In this document: positions 46,588 to 55,285 of the stretch, piece after piece
Numbering within the stretch: the first letter of the stretch is position 1
Layout of the letters: each line of letters starts with the position of its first letter
Source of the DNA: Armatimonadota bacterium
GTDB taxonomy: Bacteria > Armatimonadota > UBA5829 > DSUL01
Direction of reading: 5' to 3'
NCBI GenBank assembly: GCA_039811685.1
Contig: JBDHZC010000001.1
Span: forward strand, 32,001-96,000
DNA: 64,000 nt
Translations under genes and position numbers: made by a program
Notes under the pieces: model-generated
Databases searched by the model: none
The model's input: only the letters and a program-made list of their open reading frames with translations
Told to the model about the DNA's origin: nothing

Positions 46588-48465
46588 ATGCACAGGCTAT
46601 GGCTTAGTTCCACGCTTAGAGTCCTGTCGTCGGTCGGAATGATTGCGTTTCTCACACCAGCCGCCCACGCTGTGGGAACGCTTGCAGGGACACAGATACC
46701 CTGCTGGTCAACCGCTACCTACACCGACGAACAGGGAGTTCTCCAGGGACAGGCATCAAGCAACACGCTGGTGATGACCGTTTCCAAGATGCGGGATGTT
46801 GTTGTCACACCGCCCTCGAAGAACGGCGAAGCCACCGTCGGCTCTTTCAGCGCGATGCCAGTGGAGATAAAGAATCTCAGCAACTCCACCGAAACGTTCG
46901 CTCTCACAGTGAGTGGACCCAGCGGATGGAGTTGCCGCGCGTTTTCTGACGACAGCGGCGATGGGGAACTGCAGTCGGACGAGACGACTGAAGTAACCAC
47001 CACGCCGGCGATGGCGCCTGACTCCGTCATGAAAGTTCTCGTGCGCGTTGACGTGCCCGCAGATGGCGCTACCGGCGTAACTGGTACGGTCGTTCTGCGA
47101 ATTCGAGCGCTGGGTGACGGGCCCCCGGCTCAAGCGTCAGCGGTTTACAATCTCAAGACAGTGCAGTCCCTGCCAACCGTCACTCTCACGACAGTTCCGT
47201 CCACGCCTGTACTGGGTACACAGTACACGCTTGTCGCTCGCGCAAACCCTGCCAAAGCAGTGCAGCTAAACATTCGCACGCTCTCTCCGGACGGCGTGCC
47301 TGGAAATTACTCGCTGTCCACCGACGCTTTTGGACGCGGTTTTCTCACGCTCAACGCTGACTGTTCCGGCATCTGGTCTATTGCCGCCAGACATGCCAAC
47401 GCCTCTGTGAATGCTCCGGATGCGGCAACACTTGCGTTGAACTGCCAGCCCATCACTTACACGACGTCCGGTTCAGATATGGTGTCTGTACCTGTTCAGT
47501 TGACGAACAACTCGGCTGGCGATGTCTTCGGCCCATCCACGGGTCTGGCTGTCACCCGCTGGGTACCCTCTGAAGCGCGCTATGCGACTTATGTCGCGTA
47601 TCGTAACTATGTCAACGATCCGGGCTTGCAGACCGTCTCTCCGGGCCAGGCTTTCTTCACCTACACACCCACGAGCAGCTCAATCGCGCCCCAGGGCCGC
47701 CTGGTGGACCAGAGCGCTCCCTTCTCTGTCGATCTGCAGCGTGGGTGGAATCAGATTGGTTCTCCATTCCTGAAAGCTATTCCGTGGGCGGGATGCCGGG
47801 TCGAGTATAACGGCAAGAGCTACAGCATGTCCGAGGCCAGAAGCAACTCCCTGATGTTGGACTATGCTTGGGCCGGCTCTAAGACGGGCGTCCTCTTCGA
47901 CTACGGACTCGTCCATCCCCAGCTCGGTGATGCGAAAAGCACGCTTGAGCCGTGGCAGGGCTACTGGGTGTATGCGTACCGGCCCGTCAAGCTGACCATG
48001 TCGCCGACTGTCACCGCTGTCACAGCGCCCAGGTTGTCCACTAATGAGTGGATTATCAAGCTGATGGGAATGGGGCCGAAAGCCATCGACTCCTCCAACT
48101 TCATGGGTGTGTGCGCAAACAAGTCCGTTCAGGACGTAGTGAATCCGCCAAGAGCCACCGAGTACGAGGACCTCTACTTCCCTGCAGCGGATGGTGGAGC
48201 CGGGCGTTTCGCAACCGACATCCGGTCTTCGATCACTGGCGTGGCAAACTGGACATTTGAAGTCGCCAGCTCTGAAGGTACGCAGCTTCACAATGTGACC
48301 TGGTACGGTGCGGAGAGCGTTCCTACAGGCTACACAATCACGCTCAAAGACCTCCAGACCGGACGCACGACTGATATGCGATCAACTATGCGATATATCT
48401 ACAAGCCGCTGGCGCCCGATAAGCCTTACCGCTTCCAGGTGACTGTGGATACTCGAAAGCGCTAA
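46588..48465 (+). CDS. Secreted Ig-rich surface/adhesin-like protein
   Basis: Signal peptide, 'GTLAGTQI...ATY' N-terminus, NEW3-like Ig domain, 'GWNQIGSPF', 'LEPWQGYWV'. Confidence 0.75.
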   Translation: MHRLWLSSTLRVLSSVGMIAFLTPAAHAVGTLAGTQIPCWSTATYTDEQGVLQGQASSNTLVMTVSKMRDVVVTPPSKNGEATVGSFSAMPVEIKNLSNSTETFALTVSGPSGWSCRAFSDDSGDGELQSDETTEVTTTPAMAPDSVMKVLVRVDVPADGATGVTGTVVLRIRALGDGPPAQASAVYNLKTVQSLPTVTLTTVPSTPVLGTQYTLVARANPAKAVQLNIRTLSPDGVPGNYSLSTDAFGRGFLTLNADCSGIWSIAARHANASVNAPDAATLALNCQPITYTTSGSDMVSVPVQLTNNSAGDVFGPSTGLAVTRWVPSEARYATYVAYRNYVNDPGLQTVSPGQAFFTYTPTSSSIAPQGRLVDQSAPFSVDLQRGWNQIGSPFLKAIPWAGCRVEYNGKSYSMSEARSNSLMLDYAWAGSKTGVLFDYGLVHPQLGDAKSTLEPWQGYWVYAYRPVKLTMSPTVTAVTAPRLSTNEWIIKLMGMGPKAIDSSNFMGVCANKSVQDVVNPPRATEYEDLYFPAADGGAGRFATDIRSSITGVANWTFEVASSEGTQLHNVTWYGAESVPTGYTITLKDLQTGRTTDMRSTMRYIYKPLAPDKPYRFQVTVDTRKR

Positions 48466-48526
48466 GCCAACCAGATGTCTCTGCAATAAGCAACGACTAC
48501 CTACCAAGCCATACTGTTCAGACTCA

Positions 48527-48559
48527 GCCGGAGAGGTCCTCCTCCTCTCCGGCCTTTTT
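48527..48559 (+). terminator. Rho-independent terminator
   Basis: GCCGGAGAGG-N7-CCTCTCCGGC-CTTTTT. Confidence 0.8.
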
Positions 48560-48611
48560 GCGTCTATACGCGAACTGACCGTCAAAGGAGAAGGGAAAAG
48601 TGCGGGAGCCA

Positions 48612-48694
48612 TGCCGAAGAGAGGATTTGAACCTCCACGCCCTTGCGGGCACGTGGTCCTGAACCACGCGCGTCTGCCATTCCGCCACTTCGGC
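48612..48694 (-). tRNA. tRNA-Leu(CAG), CCA not encoded
   Basis: GCCGAAG acceptor, anticodon arm CGTGG-TTCAGGA-CCACG, long variable arm GCCC-GCAA-GGGC, T-loop GTTCAAATC. Confidence 0.97.
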
Positions 48695-48980
48695 AAGTCA
48701 ACCGGCCTGATCCGCTCAGGCCTTCCATAATTTAGCCAAAAGCCAGAAGACTCGTCAAGTGCGCCAGGTGCCATTAGTTCCGTTTCTTTTCCCTGCTATG
48801 CAAGAGCGCCGGATATTCCCCAGCAGTCCTGGTGGCCAGCATCAAGCGATGGTCACGTGACATCGGATTGGCCGTCCGATGCCTGGACTCCCTGCTTGCA
48901 GCCCAGCGACAGCTTGAAAGATTTATCTGTGACGTGATTTCATTCCAAACCTGCGCCGTCTGGCAAAACAATTCGCGGCC

Positions 48981-49009
48981 TTGACAAGCATCTGAATCAG
49001 GCGTAGATT
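48981..49009 (+). promoter_or_regulatory. Sigma70 promoter facing the RHS island
   Basis: TTGACA-N17-TAGATT. Confidence 0.6.
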
Positions 49010-49311
49010 TGTAAAAACAACGGCTCGTCGCGGCGCTCGTCCCTCACCACGCGACTCTCAATATGTCCGATCTGACAGGCGCCAGTACTTCGGGTAGCGC
49101 CATCTCTGGAGATGCCGTGACGCGATGTGAGCCAGGGCAATTAGAGACTATGAAAACAGAGCAAATAACGCCTTTTGCCTACGTGCTGCCTGAGGCCGGT
49201 CTCATCAGGTCACCAGCTTCGGCTACGTTCTCGGGATTTCCGGGTTGGAGCCCGGTCAAGCCGGGGTTCTGCAAGTCTCAGCGTCCAACCCTCAAATCCC
49301 GAAACACCTAA

Positions 49312-49791
49312 CTGGATTATGAGTCAGACACCCTTTACTGCGCTGCGAGACCCACGATCCTCGTAGACCCAGATGGAAAGAAATGTCGCCCCGCCAAGTA
49401 CGGGCGTAAGGCGTGCGGACAATTCGATCCCGGGTATTGCTTGAACAAACTGCGCCGGTGTCTGAAAGGCGACCCGAAGTATGATCAGATAGTCAGCGCA
49501 GCCGCGAAGGCTGTGGTATACATCTGCGATGACCCAGCAGATCTTAGTGGCGATGGCACTGTGGGGACGACACATTGGCTGTTCGGGTGGCGAATCGACC
49601 TGCTTCAAGACAATACTGGCACATGGGACATGTGTGAAGTGTTCCTCCACGAGCTTATCCACGTTACGGCCGGTCCATACGGGTATGGGAACAATGAGGA
49701 CGAAGCGTACAAGTATGGCGATATTGAAAAACCTGGCTCCGTTTACAAAAAGAGGGGGTGTAAGTGCCCTAATAAGCGCCCGTGCAACTAG
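49312..49791 (+). pseudogene. Orphan RHS C-terminal toxin module with HExxH metallopeptidase tip
   Basis: Frame open from 49312: 'LYCAARPTILVDPDG' (RHS core end) then 'FLHELIH...NNEDEA'; no start codon before the core motif. Confidence 0.75.
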
Positions 49792-49801
49792 GACTGGTGC
49801 T

Positions 49802-50194
49802 TTGAAGGCAGCAGTAGCCCTGCTTGCCGCTATAGCGGTTGCCGTAGTCTTATATCCGATCTTCATTACGCCAAACAGCTTCGAGCCTGTGTGCATGAAG
49901 GAGGCCAGGAGTTTCGTCTACGCCGCCGGTCAGGCAATACAGCGGTACGCACATGATCACGATGGCTGCGCGCCCGACTCTCTAAGCCAGCTCTACCCTC
50001 TGTATACCCGCGACCGGCGTGTTACGACTTCGGTCGTCCGATTCAGTAATGAGCTGGCTGCTCTGGACTACAGTAAGCCCGGTAGGCTGGGTGATCCGCA
50101 TACCTTAGTCATGGAGGTTCGCTGGCTGCACAAACGGCGCGGGCTGCGGCCTGTGGAACTGTGGGGTGATCTTCACAGGCCGAGGATCATGTGA
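49802..50194 (+). CDS. Membrane-anchored pseudopilin-like protein, putative immunity protein
   Basis: TM 'AVALLAAIAVAVVLYPIF', 'AIQRYAHDHDG..PDSLSQLYP'; starts 10 nt after the toxin stop. Confidence 0.6.
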   Translation: MKAAVALLAAIAVAVVLYPIFITPNSFEPVCMKEARSFVYAAGQAIQRYAHDHDGCAPDSLSQLYPLYTRDRRVTTSVVRFSNELAALDYSKPGRLGDPHTLVMEVRWLHKRRGLRPVELWGDLHRPRIM

Positions 50195-50227
50195 TATGGG
50201 GAGGGACCTGCGGAGGCACACGGCCCT

Positions 50228-50392
50228 ACCTATGATTCCGGCAACAGGGTCACGAAGATCGAGTACCCAAAGGACGGCAGCAACACCATCGTTGGAGAGG
50301 AAGAGTTCGGCTACTACCCCGATACCGGAGCCTTGCAGTGGAAGAAAGATGGCAATGGCAGCTACACGCTCTACCGGTACAATGATTTTCAT
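50228..50392 (+). pseudogene. RHS/YD-repeat fragment
   Basis: Startless frame 'TYDSGNRVTKIEYPKDG...FGYYPDTGALQWKKDGNGSYTLYRYND'. Confidence 0.75.
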
Positions 50393-50423
50393 CCCTCCAG
50401 GTTTCCGAACCTGGGGGGATCGA

Positions 50424-51050
50424 AAACCGAAATTCCCGCAGCATCAAAAACTGAGGTGGCAGTAGGGTGCTCCCGCCGCCGCGGCTAGACCGCTTTCCTT
50501 TGTTAACAGGCCTACGGTTTTGGTTCCTGCTAGCGATTATGGCCTTGTTCTCAAGCGTTCCACTGCTGACAATCCTGGTGCTGACGGCTATCTCCCGCTG
50601 TTCCTTCGAGCCTATCACGTTCCTGATGGCGGGCGCCTATGCCCTGCTCTTGTTCGCTGTTCTTTACTTTGTCATGCCAAAATGGCTGGTCCTGTCGGCT
50701 GAGGGTCTGTGGATCGATCCGTCCAGGCCCGGCCCGCCTCAAATCCACGCCTGGGAAGATGTCGAATCCGTGAGATCTCGCACTCTCTGGACTGGAGAAA
50801 CCTGCGTGACGATTACGGGGAAAGGCGGGGTCCCGCGTCCAGGTCGCGCTCGCGCGGGTGCGCGCGAAGGCATAGCTCACCACTGCATGGGGAGGCGGTG
50901 GGCGTACACTATATGTATGACCAATGAAGCGGCCGCTCGCCTTCTGCAGGCGCTAGAGGCGGCACTGCCAGCATGATCTTCAGATGCTGCGGAAATGACG
51001 AGCCTCACCAGCGTCACGGATGACTGGAAACCGAAATTCCCGCAGCATCA
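50424..51050. repeat. 23-bp direct repeat pair plus an inverted copy flanking one gene
   Basis: AAACCGAAATTCCCGCAGCATCA at 50424-46 and 51028-50; GATGCTGCGGAAAT (inverted, 1 mismatch) at 50983-96. Confidence 0.85.
50467..50976 (+). CDS. Two-TM membrane protein with PH-like soluble domain, possible orphan immunity protein
   Basis: Two hydrophobic helices then 'LVLSAEGLWI...WEDVESV'. Confidence 0.6.
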   Translation: MLPPPRLDRFPLLTGLRFWFLLAIMALFSSVPLLTILVLTAISRCSFEPITFLMAGAYALLLFAVLYFVMPKWLVLSAEGLWIDPSRPGPPQIHAWEDVESVRSRTLWTGETCVTITGKGGVPRPGRARAGAREGIAHHCMGRRWAYTICMTNEAAARLLQALEAALPA

Positions 51051-51297
51051 GAATACAGCCACAGCGCCAGTCACATCAGCGGTTACAAGCGGCTTGGGAA
51101 GCAGGGTGGACGGCGCGCGAAGCGCATGAGCAACGTGCCAGTCTAACAGGCTCCAAAAAAGAGGCTGTGCCGGTCTGAAGGGTCGGCCGCAGGAGCTTTC
51201 GCCCGAACGCCGATAGCGGCACACTGTGCCAGGTTTGCGCGAGCCGCTCCGGCGTGATACCATTGGATCAAGGAGGGTGGGCTGACAGGAGTACGCA

Positions 51298-52671
51298 ATG
51301 CGCAACACATCACGCCTGGGGCCATTGATAGCGCTGGCGAGTTCACTCGCCCTTCTGGCCTCCTTCATCTGCGGGAACGCCTGCGTTGCCTTCGGAGCAG
51401 CTGATACGCTGTGGGATTATCAGGCGGTGGACGGCAGCGGCTATGGCATTCATCCGAAGGTCTGGGCAGACGAGACCGATCCGGACAGCAGGATTGTTGT
51501 TGAGGGAGTTGCGCTCGCAGGCTATAACGAGATCCTCGATCCCGCCACACAGTACACAGCCTTTATTCAGGATGACACGAGCGATCGAGGGGGGATACAG
51601 GCCTGGACAGGCAAGTTTTTCTACGGGGATGCCCTGTGGAATCTTCTGCGAACGACAGACTACATTGACTTTGCCGCCGGCGACCGTCTGCGTTTGACCG
51701 GACTTATAGCGGACATGGGCCGGGGCAAGGTCGTCATGAACAACCGGGGCCATAGCGGCGCGCCCAATCTCGTGTGGCATGTTGAAATAATCGGGCATCC
51801 GGGGCTTCCCGACCCTCAGCTCATAGACAGCGTATCCGCTTGCAACTACTTCGATTCGGCCAGGGCAGGGGGCGGAGAGCTCTACCAGACGCGCCTCGTG
51901 ATGCTGCATGGAGTGCAGATTACAAATGGCGAATGGGGAGTCAACAAGCTTCTCACTATTGGGGATACGACTGGGCAGATCGGAATGCTGCTTTCGGCGA
52001 TGGGGGATTTCGGCCAGCATCCACAGCCACAGGGCCGCCTTAGCGTCATCGGCATTTTTGATCAGGAGGACGACCAGTCGCCTCCTTACTCCGACGGGTA
52101 CCGCATCTGGGTAAAGCGCGCCTCCGATATCAGCGTGGCTCTTGATGCCTGCCGGGAAGTGGCTGATGCGCCCACTGGAGAGCGGGTGGCGCTGGTGAAC
52201 AAGATCGTATCGCGCGCGTTCCCAGGCTACTTCTTTGTTCAGGACGAAGGGCGCGCGGGAGGAGTAAAGGTGCTGAGCGACCGCGCTGTCGTTCCGGGTG
52301 CAATTGTTGCCGTTGCGGGGATGGTGGTGGAAGAGAGCGGTGGCAAAGCTATCGAGGCGGAATATGTGTCTCAGACGGCTCTCCGGGAGAGGCCGCGGCC
52401 AATGGCTGTGCAGTGCTCCACCGCTTCTGGTGAGAAAGGCCTGGATGTCAGCGGGTTGCTGTTGAGGCTTGCGGGTACGGTCATCGAAGGTCCAGGTGCT
52501 GGTCAGTTGAGCTTGACGGATGGGTCAGCGGTGATCTATCTGCCAGACGCGGCGGCTTTCGGACTCACCTCCGGCGCCGTAGCAGATCTGGTGGGTGTGG
52601 CGGCAAAAGTGGACGGATTGCCCGCTCTTCTGCTGGCAGAATCCACGGACGTAAAGGTTGTGAGCCCGTGA
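51298..52671 (+). CDS. Secreted protein of OB-fold-like domains with the shared C-terminal module
   Basis: Signal peptide, 'FIQDD..DRGGI', C-terminal 'FFVQDEGRAGGVKV', 'GLLLRLAGTV', 'LTDGS'. Confidence 0.78.
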   Translation: MRNTSRLGPLIALASSLALLASFICGNACVAFGAADTLWDYQAVDGSGYGIHPKVWADETDPDSRIVVEGVALAGYNEILDPATQYTAFIQDDTSDRGGIQAWTGKFFYGDALWNLLRTTDYIDFAAGDRLRLTGLIADMGRGKVVMNNRGHSGAPNLVWHVEIIGHPGLPDPQLIDSVSACNYFDSARAGGGELYQTRLVMLHGVQITNGEWGVNKLLTIGDTTGQIGMLLSAMGDFGQHPQPQGRLSVIGIFDQEDDQSPPYSDGYRIWVKRASDISVALDACREVADAPTGERVALVNKIVSRAFPGYFFVQDEGRAGGVKVLSDRAVVPGAIVAVAGMVVEESGGKAIEAEYVSQTALRERPRPMAVQCSTASGEKGLDVSGLLLRLAGTVIEGPGAGQLSLTDGSAVIYLPDAAAFGLTSGAVADLVGVAAKVDGLPALLLAESTDVKVVSP

Positions 52672-53348
52672 AGCTCCGGGACGGCTGCTCAACAGAGCGT
52701 GGCTTTACGCTTATAGAGTTGCTGGTAGTCATTGCTATCGTAGTAGTTTTGGCGGCACTGCTGTTCCCGGTCCTCGGACAGTCCAAGACGCGCGCCGTCG
52801 TAACGCGTGTGCAGTCTGATCTACGCCAGGCGGCCATAGCGATCGAGATGTACCAGGAAGACTGGCGAGGGCTTCCACCCGTGCGCTCTTGCTGTTCCGG
52901 AAGTGAGCGCTGGGACTACTACGAACTGCCCCACGAGCTGGTCACCCTGCACTACCTTGGGATACAGCGCTTTAGCGATCCCTTCAACCAGACAGCAGGT
53001 GATGACGGCCAGACGGCCAGACCCTATAAGTACCTGGCCGTCAACTGGGGATATTCCGCGAATCACAAGACGCACTTCACGATGTGGATTCCCCGCGACT
53101 ACCCTGCGTGTAACCAAAGCAGCCTCCTGTATTACGAGTTTGCGGGCCGTATCTACGCACTGGACGGCGGAGAAACCCGGCCGCAGGACCCGCCCATTCG
53201 CTGGGCCGTGTGGAGCGTCGGCCCTTCTGGCGATCCGGGTCTTGAAGAGACAGGTAACCGCCAGCTTCCCGCCCCGAGAAAAGAGTGGTATCCACTCAGC
53301 CGCAAAGGCGTAATTGTTCGCTTTGCTGATGGCCGCATGTCGCGGTGA
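52668..53348 (+). CDS. Prepilin N-methylation domain protein (pseudopilin-like)
   Basis: '[13 protein letters not shown]', 'DPF', 'WSVGP'. Confidence 0.88.
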   Translation: MKLRDGCSTERGFTLIELLVVIAIVVVLAALLFPVLGQSKTRAVVTRVQSDLRQAAIAIEMYQEDWRGLPPVRSCCSGSERWDYYELPHELVTLHYLGIQRFSDPFNQTAGDDGQTARPYKYLAVNWGYSANHKTHFTMWIPRDYPACNQSSLLYYEFAGRIYALDGGETRPQDPPIRWAVWSVGPSGDPGLEETGNRQLPAPRKEWYPLSRKGVIVRFADGRMSR

Positions 53349-53719
53349 CTCTCGAGCTGACGGCGGGCACGATCTGAGAGAAATGGGGAGCGCTTCTCAC
53401 TATCCTGGTATCGTGGAACGGTTGAAGCTGTGGCTCTCTTGCAGCTGAGACGCCTCGGAAAGAGGATTCCTGAACAGCAACAGCGGCAGGATGTCGAAGT
53501 GATCTGTGCTTGTCCGCGCCGCCGCTTATTGTCTATTGGCTTACTTAATTGCACGGCCTGCTTCGATTGTGTATAAGAGTAGGCGATACCGCTGGAGCGA
53601 ATGGGCCTCATCGTGCATTCAGGCGGTTGCAGGTTCTTACGCCCGGTATTTGATTATCTCTTGACACGAGGGTTTGGATGCTTTCACCCGCAAGGCCCTC
53701 TTGAAAGGTCATCAACTCG

Positions 53720-54778
53720 ATGGTTCTGGACGAACTACTCCAACTTGCGGCGGACTCGCGCGCCTCTGACCTCTTCCTCAAGGGGGATGCTTCTCCCGCG
53801 CTCCGCATAGACGGTCATATTCGCGGGACTGACCTTCCGAAGCTCTCAGGCGATGAAGTTCGGGACATGGCCTACAACATCATGACTCCCGAGCAGATCG
53901 GAAGATTTGAGCGGCGTCACGAGATGGATCTCGCCTTCACGTTCAAAGACCTGGCGCGCTTCAGAGTCAACGTTTATCAACAGCGCGGCATGGTGGGGCT
54001 GGTGCTGCGTCTGATTCCGCTCAAGATTTACAGTCTGGAAGAGCTGCAGATGCCCGATATTATCGCCCAGATGACCAAGCTGCGGCAGGGGCTGATTCTG
54101 GTGACGGGTCCGACAGGCTCTGGGAAATCAACGACGCTGGCCGCAATGATTGACCTCATCAATCAGTCGCGCCCATCCAATATCGTCACCATTGAAGACC
54201 CCATCGAATTTGTCCACCCAGACAAGAAGTCCATCGTCAATCAGCGAGAGATCAGCATTGATACGGACTCCTTTACTGAAGCTCTCAAATACGTCGTGCG
54301 GCAGAGCCCAGACGTTATCCTGATCGGTGAGATGAGAGATGTGGAGACAATGAATGTGGCGCTGGCGGCAGCGGAAACAGGCCACCTGGTATTCTCGACA
54401 GTCCACACGACAGGCGCATCAGACACAATGGAGCGTATCATTAACATGTTCCCACCGCATCAAAAGCAACAGATCTGTCTGCGCTTGTCAACTTCATTGA
54501 TGGGTATCATCTCTCAGAGGCTTCTGCCGAGGAAGAACGCTGCCGGACGGGTCGCCGCTGTCGAAATTCTCACAGCGACACCAACAACCGTCAAGCTGAT
54601 TGAGGAAGGCCGCTCCGGGCAGTTGTACACCGCTATTGCAGAGGGCGGCTTCTACGGAATGCAGACTATGAACCAGTGCCTCGACCGCTTTTACAAGCAG
54701 GGATTGGTCAGCGAAGAGGAAGCGCTGGCCTCTGCGGGTAATGTTACAGAACTGAAGCAGATGCTGAGGCGACACTGA
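53720..54778 (+). CDS. pilT: Type IV pilus retraction ATPase PilT/PilU
   Basis: 'ASDL', 'GPTGSGKSTT', 'TIEDPIE', 'GEMRD', 'AETGHLV', 'GMQTMNQ'. Confidence 0.93.
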   Translation: MVLDELLQLAADSRASDLFLKGDASPALRIDGHIRGTDLPKLSGDEVRDMAYNIMTPEQIGRFERRHEMDLAFTFKDLARFRVNVYQQRGMVGLVLRLIPLKIYSLEELQMPDIIAQMTKLRQGLILVTGPTGSGKSTTLAAMIDLINQSRPSNIVTIEDPIEFVHPDKKSIVNQREISIDTDSFTEALKYVVRQSPDVILIGEMRDVETMNVALAAAETGHLVFSTVHTTGASDTMERIINMFPPHQKQQICLRLSTSLMGIISQRLLPRKNAAGRVAAVEILTATPTTVKLIEEGRSGQLYTAIAEGGFYGMQTMNQCLDRFYKQGLVSEEEALASAGNVTELKQMLRRH

Positions 54779-54910
54779 AGGCAACCGGACGTTCTTCCGA
54801 TATTGGATTAGTTTTTCCAGCCGTCTGTCTGCTGGACCTTTCGGCAGCTACTGTGTGTATGCGCGGTGCGCGGGCATCAGTTAGTCGATTTTGAAGGGAG
54901 GCTGAAGAGA

Positions 54911-55285
54911 TTGGACGCCGATCTCCAAATTAACTTGACTCAGGCAGGTCCGTTCCCCGTTCTGGACCTTGTTGGAGAGGTGGATGCTTACACCTGCTCC
55001 AGCTTCAGAGACGCAATGATAAAGGCTCTAAATGGGCAGAATACGTCGCTGATTATTTCGATGAACGGAGTGGAGTACATTGACAGCACGGGTCTTGGGG
55101 CGCTTGTCGGCGGACTGAAGCGCGCCAGCGAAAAGCATGGGCACATCTACATCGTGTGCACCAACCCGCAAGTCACAAAAGTCTTCGAGATCACCGGACT
55201 GATCAAGGTCTTTCCGGTCTATGCGACTGTCGAAGAAGCGTGCGAGTCGCTGAAGGCAGAGACTGCGTCCCGGGTGGAAGCCTAG
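54911..55285 (+). CDS. STAS anti-sigma antagonist (RsbV-like)
   Basis: 'GEVDAYT', 'YIDSTGLGALV', 'FEITGL'. Confidence 0.92.
   Translation: MDADLQINLTQAGPFPVLDLVGEVDAYTCSSFRDAMIKALNGQNTSLIISMNGVEYIDSTGLGALVGGLKRASEKHGHIYIVCTNPQVTKVFEITGLIKVFPVYATVEEACESLKAETASRVEA

Noticed and set aside
48382..48774. Minus-strand 130-aa ORF
   Set aside because: It overlaps tRNA-Leu and a terminator
49529..49801. 5' part of the 49529..50194 ORF
   Set aside because: It overlaps the toxin frame; protein-like sequence begins only at the TM segment near 49802
50192..50194. TGA readthrough joining the putative immunity gene to the YD fragment
   Set aside because: The fusion makes no domain sense and no SECIS is evident; the shared frame has a 1-in-3 chance
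50983..51049. Canonical integron attC site
   Set aside because: No RYYYAAC/GTTRRRY cores and no intI in the window; kept only as an unexplained palindrome
48612..51050. tRNA-integrated prophage or ICE
   Set aside because: The island lies 5' of the tRNA; I saw no duplicated tRNA 3' end and no integrase
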